Shown here piece after piece: positions 27,355 to 35,326 of a DNA stretch of 64,000 nucleotides. Position 1 is the first letter of the stretch. Each line of letters opens with the position of its first letter. The notes beneath the pieces are model-generated. The model worked only from the letters and a program-made list of their open reading frames with translations. It searched no databases and was not told the DNA's origin. This DNA comes from Bacillales bacterium UBA6865 (GTDB lineage Bacteria; Bacillota_I; Bacilli_A; RFN20; CAG-826), in NCBI GenBank assembly GCA_002449265.1, contig DKCV01000022.1, forward strand, positions 16,763 through 80,762, written 5' to 3'. Made by a program: the position numbers and the translations under genes.

Positions 27355-30015
27355 TTATTTCTTGCCTTTCGCTCTCTCATGCAAGATGTTGGCTTGAGCA
27401 GCCGCGAGTCTAGCGAGAGGTACACGGAATGGGGAGCAAGAGACATAGTCGAGTCCGACTTCATCATAGAAGATGATGGAAGCAGGATCTCCACCGGTTT
27501 CTCCGCAGACACCGACAAGAAGATTTGGACGGGTCGCACGTCCGCGTTGGAAGGCGATTTTCACGAGTTCGCCGACACCTTCGACATCGATGGTCTGGAA
27601 TGGGTCGAATTCGTAAATCTTTCTATCGTAGTAGTATGGGAGGAATTGTCCGCTATCATCACGGGAGAAGCCCATGGTGAGCTGCGTGAGGTCGTTTGTG
27701 CCAAAGCTGAAGAATTCGGCTTCTTTGGCAAGATCCCCAGCGCGTAAGGCGCCTCTTGGGATTTCAATCATCGTACCAATGTGGTAGACGAGTTTCTTGC
27801 CTTCTTTAGCCATTTCATCTTCAACGGCTTTCACGACGACGTCTTTCGCGAACTTGTATTCTTTGAGTTCTCCAGCAAGAGGAATCATGATTTCTGGTTC
27901 GACATCGTGACCAAGCTCTTTGCTCGCTTTGATTGCCGCTTGCATAATGGCACGGGCAAGCATCGCATAGATTTCTGGATAAGCAACGCAGAGACGGACA
28001 CCACGGAATCCCATCATTGGGTTAGCTTGGTGAAGTTGATTGATACGATCTTTGACTTTTTGTTCCGTAACGTTGAGTTTCTCAGCAATATCTTTGATGG
28101 TCGCTTCATCACCGATTTCTGGTAAGAATTCGTGAAGTGGCGGATCGAGGAGACGGATGTTGACGAGGCTATCTGGGTTAGCCATGTACATATCGTAGAA
28201 GTCGCCCATTAAGAATGGACGAATTCTTTCAAGCGCAGCTTCTCTTTGCTCAGTGGTGTCAGAGAGAATCATCGAACGCATATTGAGAATGCGTTCTGGC
28301 GCGAAGAACATACGTTCAGTACGGCATAGACCAATGCCTTCCGCACCGAATTTTTGTGCATTGTGAGCATCTTCAGGAGTGTTGCAGTTCGCACGGACTT
28401 TGAGACGGCGATATTTATCGGCCCATCCCATTAAGCGTCCAAAGTCACCGCCTAAATCGGCTGGGACCATCTTGATGGCGCCTTCATAGACTAAGCCAGT
28501 GGTGCCGTTGACGGAGAGGATATCGCCTTCGTGATAAACCTTATCACCGACTTTGAGGGTCTTCGCTTCTTCATTGACTACGATTTCGGTTGCACCTGCG
28601 ACGCAGCATTTACCCATGGAACGGGCAACGACAGCGGCGTGACTAGTCATACCACCACGTGCGGTAAGAATAGCTTCACTATTGACCATTCCGATGATGT
28701 CTTCAGGGGAAGTCTCAGCACGGACAAGAATAACTTTCTTGCCTTCATCGTGCCAGGCTTTGCAATCATCAGCGTCAAAGACGATAGCGCCAGTGCCAGC
28801 GCCTGGGGAAGCTGGAAGTCCTTTGATCACAGGAGTGTGGGCTTTAAGATCAGCTTCATCGAAGGTTGGATGGAGAAGGTCATTGAGCTGTTTTGGTTCG
28901 ACACGTAAGCAAGCTTCTCTTTCGTCGATTAATCCTTCGTCGACAAGGTCACAAGCAATCTTTAAAGCAGCACGAGCAGTTCTCTTACCGTTACGGGTTT
29001 GTAAGAAGTAGAGTTTGCCTTTTTCAACGGTGTACTCCATATCTTGCATATCTTTGAAATAAGCTTCCATGTTTTTGATCGTTTTGGTGAATTGATCATA
29101 AACATCTGGCATTCTCTTCTTGAGTTCATCAATGTGTAATGGGGTTCTAACGCCGGCGACGACGTCTTCACCTTGAGCATTTGGAAGGAATTCTGCGTAG
29201 ATTTCTTTCGTACCATCACTTGGGGAGCGAGAGAAAGCAACACCAGTTCCGGAATCTTCACCCATGTTTCCGAAGACCATGGTTTGAACGTTAACAGCAG
29301 TTCCCCATTCATATGGGATGCCGTTCATTTGGCGATAAACGTTAGCACGTGGGTTGTCCCAGCTGCGGAAGACTGCGGCGACGGCTTCTTTCAATTGCTC
29401 ATATGGGTCGGTTGGGAAATCTTCGCCGAAGACCTTTTTATAATAGGCTTTGTATTCTTTGACGAGGTCTTTGAGTTGAGCAACGGTGACTTGTGTATCA
29501 AGTTTGTAACCATTGTCTTCTTTGATCTTGTCTAACATCGCGTCCATTTCGGTTCTTGGATGTCCTTTGGCGATGTTTGTGAACATGAGCATGAAACGGC
29601 GATAGCTATCCCAAGCAAAGCGTTCATTGCCAGTTGCATCAACGAGTTCTTGAACGGTGGTGTCATTTAAGCCAAGGTTAAGAATGGTATCCATCATACC
29701 TGGCATGGATTGACGAGCGCCAGAACGAACAGAGACAAGGAGAGGCATTCCTTTGCCTCCACCGAAGGATTTACCAACGGTCTTTTCGACATCATGAATG
29801 TGACTAACGATGTCATTCCACACGAAATCAGGGATTTTCTTTCCGGATTCGTAGTAGAGATTGCAAGCTTCAGTGGAGATGGTAAATCCAGCTGGGATAT
29901 TGATTCCAGCAGCGGTCATCTCGGCTAATCCGAAGCCTTTTCCACCAAGGATTTCTTTACCAAGATGAGCTTGGTGAGCTTCCTTGAAGGAGTAAACGTA
30001 CTTCTTTTCTGCCAT
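27355..30015 (-). CDS. ppdK: Pyruvate, phosphate dikinase
   Basis: 886 aa. N-terminal ATP-grasp (LGGKGFGLAEM), phospho-His domain (GGMTSHAAVVAR) and PEP-utilising TIM barrel (FFSFGTNDLTQ). Confidence 0.97.
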   Translation of the reverse strand: MAEKKYVYSFKEAHQAHLGKEILGGKGFGLAEMTAAGINIPAGFTISTEACNLYYESGKKIPDFVWNDIVSHIHDVEKTVGKSFGGGKGMPLLVSVRSGARQSMPGMMDTILNLGLNDTTVQELVDATGNERFAWDSYRRFMLMFTNIAKGHPRTEMDAMLDKIKEDNGYKLDTQVTVAQLKDLVKEYKAYYKKVFGEDFPTDPYEQLKEAVAAVFRSWDNPRANVYRQMNGIPYEWGTAVNVQTMVFGNMGEDSGTGVAFSRSPSDGTKEIYAEFLPNAQGEDVVAGVRTPLHIDELKKRMPDVYDQFTKTIKNMEAYFKDMQDMEYTVEKGKLYFLQTRNGKRTARAALKIACDLVDEGLIDEREACLRVEPKQLNDLLHPTFDEADLKAHTPVIKGLPASPGAGTGAIVFDADDCKAWHDEGKKVILVRAETSPEDIIGMVNSEAILTARGGMTSHAAVVARSMGKCCVAGATEIVVNEEAKTLKVGDKVYHEGDILSVNGTTGLVYEGAIKMVPADLGGDFGRLMGWADKYRRLKVRANCNTPEDAHNAQKFGAEGIGLCRTERMFFAPERILNMRSMILSDTTEQREAALERIRPFLMGDFYDMYMANPDSLVNIRLLDPPLHEFLPEIGDEATIKDIAEKLNVTEQKVKDRINQLHQANPMMGFRGVRLCVAYPEIYAMLARAIMQAAIKASKELGHDVEPEIMIPLAGELKEYKFAKDVVVKAVEDEMAKEGKKLVYHIGTMIEIPRGALRAGDLAKEAEFFSFGTNDLTQLTMGFSRDDSGQFLPYYYDRKIYEFDPFQTIDVEGVGELVKIAFQRGRATRPNLLVGVCGETGGDPASIIFYDEVGLDYVSCSPFRVPLARLAAAQANILHERAKGKK

Positions 30016-30162
30016 ATTGTCCTCCTAATGACAATCTAATTGAGGCGCTCGAAAGCGCCCTGACGCGTTAAATATTAACACGTGGGGTTTCTTCTTAGAA
30101 GAAGAAAGGGAAGAATTATCTTTGATTTTTGATTTGAATATCGATAGAAACACCTAATTATT

Positions 30163-30198
30163 AAAAAAGTCTTTATTGCACGTTGTTGATGCAAAGAC
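30163..30198 (-). terminator. Candidate terminator downstream of the ATPase gene
   Basis: Minus strand GTCTTTGCA-tcaacaacg-TGCAataAAGAC followed by TTTTTT. One 3-nt bulge. Confidence 0.55.
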
Positions 30199-30456
30199 CG
30201 CTTGGTCACCAAAATAGCGAGAAGAAACTTCCTTCCGAGAGGACTACACTAGTCGAAACAAATGTTAAGTACTGAAAAGGAATCATTAAATACTTTGGTA
30301 AGAAGAGACTGGTGTTATCTTTTAGAGGAGAACAACCACACAAAATTCCTAAAACTCTCACAACTTTTAATTGCGTCAATAGCCGATATCTTGAACTTAA
30401 GCAAGGCCAAAATACGATTTGATCGTCCTATCTTCGGAATTCTTTCCACGGTCTTT

Positions 30457-31839
30457 TCACAAGCGGAACATTTCGTTTAAGGAAATGAGATGGAGATTAT
30501 TTTGCTTTAGATTGAGTAACGAATCATCGAATCCGTTTTTAGAAATGATGTAATAATTAATATTTTTAATAGAGGAAAACATCTTGATTGATGTGTTCTC
30601 AACCATTTTCTCAAAATCTTGAATCGTTCGTTTCTCTTTTGTAAATTTGCATTCGATTACCAAAAGGGAGTCTCCATCTTTTGCAATTCCATCGATTTCA
30701 ATTGATCGGTTTAATTCTGATTTTTCTATGGTCAAATTTTGAATTGGGTAATAGATGCCGTTTAATTTTCCATTTTTGCCCAAATATTCCATATACGAAA
30801 TAGAAACGTCTTCAAAGGAAAACGAAACAAACTGGTCGATCTTCTTTTTTAATCTCTCATAGATTGCTAGTCCGTATCCTGCTTCAATTTTGTCGATGTT
30901 TTTAAGCAAAAATCGGTAATAAAATCGAAGCACTGGGTCGGAAATATAATAATAAGTTTGCCGTTTTGAGTTATACATCTCCTTTTTAATCACTATTTCT
31001 GCGTCTATTAGAGTTTTTATATACTTGTTAACCTTCGTGGCGTCTTCGTTCATCAAATCGGCAATTTCCGTCAGGCCTTTTTTCTTACCTGCTAAAGCAA
31101 ACAAAATTGAATTGTAGAAGCTTTGCTCCCTTGACGAATTCAACAACACTAATTTCGGTGCATCCAACAATATCGAGTTCTCATTAAACAGCAAGTTTTT
31201 AACATTATCTTCAAAAGAGAGCCTGCTATCGATTTTTGATAAATAGTAGGGGTACTCCCCAAACATGCATAAAAATCTCATTTTGTCTTCATTCGAATAA
31301 CGATTCAAAAACAAGACGGCTTCATCGAAGGGCATTTTATTGACTTTCATTTTCAATGTTGCTCTTTTGTATAGCGGTGACTGTTTATCGTTCAGTTCGC
31401 GTTTCATAAAAGAAATATTGGAACCGGATAAAATAATCATGATATTGCTGTTTTTAATTTTGTTGTCGAATATATCCTGAATGATTGACGCGATTCCTTC
31501 ATACGCTTTCACTAAATATGGATATTCATCAATTACAATCACCCCTTTTTCATCGCCAAAAAAAGAAATGGCCGCCTCAAAGGCTTTTTCCCATGTCGAA
31601 TATACGTATTCATCTTCTCGCCCAAAGCTTTCTAATATCTTATGAGAAAACGATCTTAAGTTGTCTTGATTAGACATTTCTTTCGCTTGAAACATTACAT
31701 GCTTCTTGTTTTTGATAAATTCGTTGATTAAGGATGTCTTGCCGATTCTTCTTGTTCCATAGATAACACATAAAGAGTTTTGCTTTGATTGATATTCTTT
31801 TTCCAATTGCTCTAATTCTTGTTTTCTTCCATAAAACAT
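30457..31839 (-). CDS. Arch-ATPase (AAA/STAND-like) protein with a DUF234-type C-terminus carrying a PD-(D/E)xK nuclease-like motif
   Basis: 460 aa. N-terminus FYGRKQELEQL...GTRRIGKTSL (Walker A) and VIVIDEYPYL (Walker B). Central wHTH-like LTEIADLMNEDATKVNKYIKTL. C-terminus IEIDGIA...LLVIECKF (D...E-x-K). SD AAGGAGG. Confidence 0.8.
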   Translation of the reverse strand: MFYGRKQELEQLEKEYQSKQNSLCVIYGTRRIGKTSLINEFIKNKKHVMFQAKEMSNQDNLRSFSHKILESFGREDEYVYSTWEKAFEAAISFFGDEKGVIVIDEYPYLVKAYEGIASIIQDIFDNKIKNSNIMIILSGSNISFMKRELNDKQSPLYKRATLKMKVNKMPFDEAVLFLNRYSNEDKMRFLCMFGEYPYYLSKIDSRLSFEDNVKNLLFNENSILLDAPKLVLLNSSREQSFYNSILFALAGKKKGLTEIADLMNEDATKVNKYIKTLIDAEIVIKKEMYNSKRQTYYYISDPVLRFYYRFLLKNIDKIEAGYGLAIYERLKKKIDQFVSFSFEDVSISYMEYLGKNGKLNGIYYPIQNLTIEKSELNRSIEIDGIAKDGDSLLVIECKFTKEKRTIQDFEKMVENTSIKMFSSIKNINYYIISKNGFDDSLLNLKQNNLHLISLNEMFRL

Positions 31840-31895
31840 AAGCTTTCCTCCTTATATACTCATAAGTATTATACTCACGAGTATATAAAACAAAA

Positions 31896-31934
31896 AAAGC
31901 CTATTTTGAAGAACACTTTCATTCGGATTAGGCT
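31896..31934 (-). terminator. Candidate intrinsic terminator in the ATPase/XRE gap (minus strand)
   Basis: AAGCCTA...TAGGCTT stem followed on the minus strand by TTTTTTT (A-run 31891-31897). Large 25-nt loop, so moderate quality. Confidence 0.4.
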
Positions 31935-32161
31935 TGTTTGAACGTCAAAATTTGGGAATTGTTTTCTATCACGGCGGTACAACCTTTTCTTGAAATCTTT
32001 CACACTCCGCCTGGATTTACCCGAAGAAGTTAAATGGGCAAAAGGGTTTCGGGACATTTAACCTCACCCTTCGCTTTCGAGTTTTCATTTTGATGGCAAA
32101 GTTATCTGCGTGACATAGTTTACGGCTACGAATTTCGGATTGATTAGACTCATGTTAGCCT

Positions 32162-32338
32162 CTATTTTCGATGAATCTGTTTCTCTTTATGAGTTGAGTT
32201 CTTTATTCGTCTTGGAGATGTTGAGCCAGGAGAGAAAACCCAGATTCCATTGAATGATAGGAGATTGAAAATGACCGGCAAATAGCAATTGAGACAAAAA
32301 ATCGCAAACGCGACCACAACCAAAACTATAAAAGACAT
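32162..32338 (-). CDS. Candidate 58-aa small membrane peptide (hydrophobic N-terminus, basic tail)
   Basis: Below the ORF-track cutoff. My translation is MSFIVLVVVAFAIFCLNCYLPVIFNLLSFNGIWVFSPGSTSPRRIKNSTHKEKQIHRK. Weak, distant SD (TAAGGA about 18 nt upstream). Divergent from the XRE gene. Confidence 0.3.
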   Translation of the reverse strand: MSFIVLVVVAFAIFCLNCYLPVIFNLLSFNGIWVFSPGSTSPRRIKNSTHKEKQIHRK

Positions 32339-32529
32339 AAAGTAGAAAGCTGTTTGTCCTTAATCCTTGAGTACTTCACATTCGTGCTATTTTAAGTAGT
32401 TGGGATTATTTAATACAGGCGGTTTGAGACTTCGAAATAACAGGCGATATAATATAATTTGTAGAAATATTACACAAAATAGTAGAAAATAAATTTTTGA
32501 TGGTGTACCATCTTTCTTGTTAGGAGCCA

Positions 32530-32895
32530 ATGACAATGATTACAGAATTAGGAAAGGAAATTAGAAAACTAAGGATCGATAAAGGGGAAAACATGTCTTC
32601 CATGTCGAAAAAGCTAGGAATATCTGTGTCTTATTTATCAGCTATTGAGAACGGAGCACGTGGAATTCCTACCGGCTTTGTCGACAAAATTAGTGACATC
32701 TACCATCTTTCAAAAGAGAGGAGGGGAGAATTCGCTCGTGCGGAAGTCAATTCGGCAAGCAAGATCTCAATATCTTTGTATTCGACGATCTGCCCACAAA
32801 GACAACTGGCTTTCACACTTTCGAGAAAATTGAAAGACCTCTCTCCAAATGAGTGCGAAGAGATTATGAAGTATTTAGGAGGCGATGATGACTAG
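32530..32895 (+). CDS. XRE-family helix-turn-helix transcriptional regulator
   Basis: 121 aa. HTH_3-like LRIDKGENMSSMSKKLGISVSYLSAIENG. SD AGGAG spacing favours the second ATG at 32536. Confidence 0.85.
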   Translation: MTMITELGKEIRKLRIDKGENMSSMSKKLGISVSYLSAIENGARGIPTGFVDKISDIYHLSKERRGEFARAEVNSASKISISLYSTICPQRQLAFTLSRKLKDLSPNECEEIMKYLGGDDD

Positions 32896-33412
32896 TAAAA
32901 TTGCTAAACCACTGAAAATTGTAGACATAAGAAACGTTGCTCAGTTTGTAAGAGAAAAACTTCTTGAAGTGAATACCGATGAGTTCATCAATTTGGTTAA
33001 GACATTGGATGTTTTTACATTCAAACTTTCTAGGTATGGGTTCAATTATGCGGTATTGCCCGATGATGATCCTATCTTTGAAATAAGTGAGGAAGCTAAA
33101 ACAGATATAACGACTGGAACCATTTATTTTAAGGAATCAGTCATTGAACAAGCCACTCATAAAAGGTATTGCAGAGCAAATTTCACGATTGCTCATGAAA
33201 TAGGCCATTTTGTGCTTCATCGAGTTTTGAATCTAATGAACTTTTCAAGAACGGTATCTCCTACCAAACCGAGAGTTTTTGAAGATCCTGAATGGCAGGC
33301 CGATACTTTTGCATCGGAATTGCTCATGCCCTATGAGCAATGTCTATGTCTTACGTCTAAAGAGATTAGAAGGAAATATCATGTTACGATGTCAGCCAGC
33401 AGCCGCAACTAG
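32885..33412 (+). CDS. ImmA/IrrE-family (COG2856) zinc metallopeptidase
   Basis: 175 aa. HEXXH motif AHEIGHFVLH and downstream WQADTFASELLMP typical of the family. 11-nt overlap with the XRE gene. Confidence 0.85.
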   Translation: MMTSKIAKPLKIVDIRNVAQFVREKLLEVNTDEFINLVKTLDVFTFKLSRYGFNYAVLPDDDPIFEISEEAKTDITTGTIYFKESVIEQATHKRYCRANFTIAHEIGHFVLHRVLNLMNFSRTVSPTKPRVFEDPEWQADTFASELLMPYEQCLCLTSKEIRRKYHVTMSASSRN

Positions 33413-33540
33413 ATACATTAAAATTCACAAAAACTAAAATGATCAAGACACTGGCAGGTGCCTTGATCAAGACCTTAAGATATAATCCTAGGACAAAAAG
33501 ATTATATATCAAAGGTCGCTTAAAAGGAGACTTTTGATTT

Positions 33541-34251
33541 ATGCCTATTTATAATACACAGCAATTTACGAATGTTATGCGTCCTGAACCGATTGATTGG
33601 GGAAAAGACGTCTTTGACATCCCTTTTATCGAAAGCGAAGGATTGCCTATATCTTTGATGGGAAGTAATTTGTTCCTAATCAATCCTACTAATGTTTCAA
33701 AAAACGATGGTGACAAAGAGCGCAAAATAGTTCATTCCTTCCTTTTCGATGACTTGTTGGATAAAGAATACCAAAATCCTATGAAGTTCATCGAAAAAAT
33801 TTCAGGATATTATGGAGCTACATCTCTCGATTTCAGCATGCATCCCGGAATGAACAAATGGTCCATTATCCAGGCAGTCGGAAAATCCCGTTGGTTCGGA
33901 CGATATCTTCAAAGTTATGGTATAAAAGTCTATCCGACGGTGGGTTGGGTAGACAAAGACACTTATGATATTTGCTTTGCTGGTCTTAGAGATGGTTCTA
34001 CTTTCTTCATATCTACTCTTGGAGTAAACAACGAAGAATGTAGGCCATTGCTCTTGAAAGGCCTTCAAGAGTTAAGAAAACGATTCCCTAATTCAAGGCA
34101 GATATGTGTCGGTCAAAGAATGGCCGGAATTCCCAATGATGTATGCGTAATTCCTTATGAAGATACTTTTGGCGGCAAGAAACAGTTGTCTCAAAGAAAT
34201 CAAATAAGATTATTCAATTGGGATGGAACAATATCAAAGGAGGCGAATTGA
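33541..34251 (+). CDS. Uncharacterised protein, DUF4417-like
   Basis: 236 aa. SD AAAGGAG. The block VHSFLFDD...LDFSMHPGM...SRWFGRYLQSYGIKVYPTVGW...DICFAGLRDGSTFFISTLG resembles the DUF4417 pattern as I remember it. Not verified by search. Confidence 0.6.
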   Translation: MPIYNTQQFTNVMRPEPIDWGKDVFDIPFIESEGLPISLMGSNLFLINPTNVSKNDGDKERKIVHSFLFDDLLDKEYQNPMKFIEKISGYYGATSLDFSMHPGMNKWSIIQAVGKSRWFGRYLQSYGIKVYPTVGWVDKDTYDICFAGLRDGSTFFISTLGVNNEECRPLLLKGLQELRKRFPNSRQICVGQRMAGIPNDVCVIPYEDTFGGKKQLSQRNQIRLFNWDGTISKEAN

Positions 34252-34252
34252 T

Positions 34253-34645
34253 ATGTCATCAAGAGGATCCGTTGCTAAAAATGGACGCATTACAGATATA
34301 GAGTACGAAACCATGAACATTCTTCCACATGGTGAAAAAGTAATAGAAGGCATAGGAAGAAACCATTCTATGCCCGATTATTCCCATTCTGCTAATACGG
34401 TATATGTCATCTATAAAAAAGGCGTTTTCCATGCTATGAGGATTTATGGCGAAAACCATGAGCCTATTATTGAAATCGCATATCATCCAGAACCCAACCT
34501 AAACAACGGTGACAGGTTGCATAGCGTATGGCATGTACATCGTTATTTACCTGGCTTGGATCGCCAAGATCCCGAATTTATAAATGGTGAAGTAAAGAAA
34601 AAATATAAAGATTATTTGGAGGATGTTGGTTATGATCAATGGTAA
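34253..34645 (+). CDS. Hypothetical protein (His-rich motifs), orphan
   Basis: ATG at 34253 with SD AAGGAGG 9 nt upstream, 2 nt after the preceding stop. 130 aa. Motifs HSMPDYSHS and LHSVWHVHRY. No family recognised. The ORF-track entry 34223 is a longer alternative. Confidence 0.6.
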   Translation: MSSRGSVAKNGRITDIEYETMNILPHGEKVIEGIGRNHSMPDYSHSANTVYVIYKKGVFHAMRIYGENHEPIIEIAYHPEPNLNNGDRLHSVWHVHRYLPGLDRQDPEFINGEVKKKYKDYLEDVGYDQW

Positions 34646-34961
34646 TCTTGCTCAGTTTTTGGACACAGGATGGTGGAATGCGGATGCCACTATTTATTAT
34701 AAGAATCACATTTATTTTCTAGATGGCGCTTTTAATGATAAGCGCGAAATGCATCTTTGGATTAGAAAGTGGAGAGTTAAAAATGTTGATGACAAAACCT
34801 ATGAGAATGTTCTAGACCAAAACAAAAATCTAATTGATTATGAAGAATTAAAAATGGAAGCCCCTACCGAAGAAACTCTGAGGGAGAAATTTTTAAAGGC
34901 CAAAATCTGGGATGGAAAAAGTTTTTGGGAAGTTGAGAAAGAATTAGTTTGGCTTGATTAA
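34632..34961 (+). CDS. Hypothetical Trp-rich protein, orphan
   Basis: ATG at 34632 with GGAGG 9 nt upstream. Overlaps the upstream stop by 14 nt. 109 aa (MINGNLAQFLDTGWWNADATIYY...). The ORF-track start at 34623 abuts the SD. Confidence 0.55.
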   Translation: MINGNLAQFLDTGWWNADATIYYKNHIYFLDGAFNDKREMHLWIRKWRVKNVDDKTYENVLDQNKNLIDYEELKMEAPTEETLREKFLKAKIWDGKSFWEVEKELVWLD

Positions 34962-35082
34962 ATCATTATTTACGATTGATATAGGAAATTAAAAATCTTT
35001 ATTAGCCTGCGGCTGATGCAAATATCGTTTTGTTATTCACTAGTCAGGAGAAAACGGATTGTTAACTACCCACTTTTAATTC

Positions 35083-35326
35083 GGTTCCCCAACTTTTCGT
35101 GGGGTGAGCGACTTTTCGAAAACTCCAACACTGCGTGGGGTGAAACTCAGCTGAAAATGAGAAATATGCGCTTCCTGATATGATTGAAAGATGCGCCAAC
35201 AATGGGATTATGAAGGTTTTTCTTCCAAATCGCAAAACTCGAATCATATCGTGGGGTCTGCGGGTTGCTGCGCCCTATGAAAGCGGGCTGAAACCCCACT
35301 CTCACCCCACGAAAAGTTGGAGAACC
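35083..35326. repeat. 244-bp element bounded by 26-bp near-perfect inverted repeats (MITE-like, inverton-like or structured RNA)
   Basis: Left arm GGTTCCCCAACTTTTCGTGGGGTGAG (35083-35108) matches the reverse complement of CTCACCCCACGAAAAGTTGGAGAACC (35301-35326) at 25/26. A second-tier partial inverted repeat is GTGGGGTGAAACTCAGC (35135-51) versus GCTGAAACCCCAC (35288-300). Internal palindrome TTTTCGAAAA at 35113-22. Confidence 0.6.

Noticed and set aside
30088-30107. Palindrome TTTCTTCTT-ag-AAGAAGAAA upstream of ppdK as a terminator
   Set aside because: It has no flanking U-run and lies in the ppdK promoter region. It is more likely an operator or chance AT-rich symmetry, so I did not call it as a feature.
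30262-30480. 72-aa plus-strand ORF overlapping the 3' end of the ATPase gene
   Set aside because: It has no SD and no motif. It overlaps the convergent ATPase gene by 24 nt and lies between that gene and its candidate terminator. At most it is a gene remnant.
31875-32057. 60-aa minus-strand ORF upstream of the ATPase gene
   Set aside because: It runs straight through the hairpin/U-run terminator and the ATPase promoter repeats, so coding is implausible.
30457-34961. Calling the island a prophage, ICE or transposon
   Set aside because: I see no integrase, recombinase, transposase, replication, transfer or structural genes, and no clear long direct repeats at the borders. Only 'accessory island' can be supported.
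35083-35326. Possible CRISPR array, suggested by the recurring CGTGGGGT motif
   Set aside because: The copies are irregularly spaced (36 and 115 nt) and occur in both orientations, with no uniform repeat-spacer periodicity and no cas genes.
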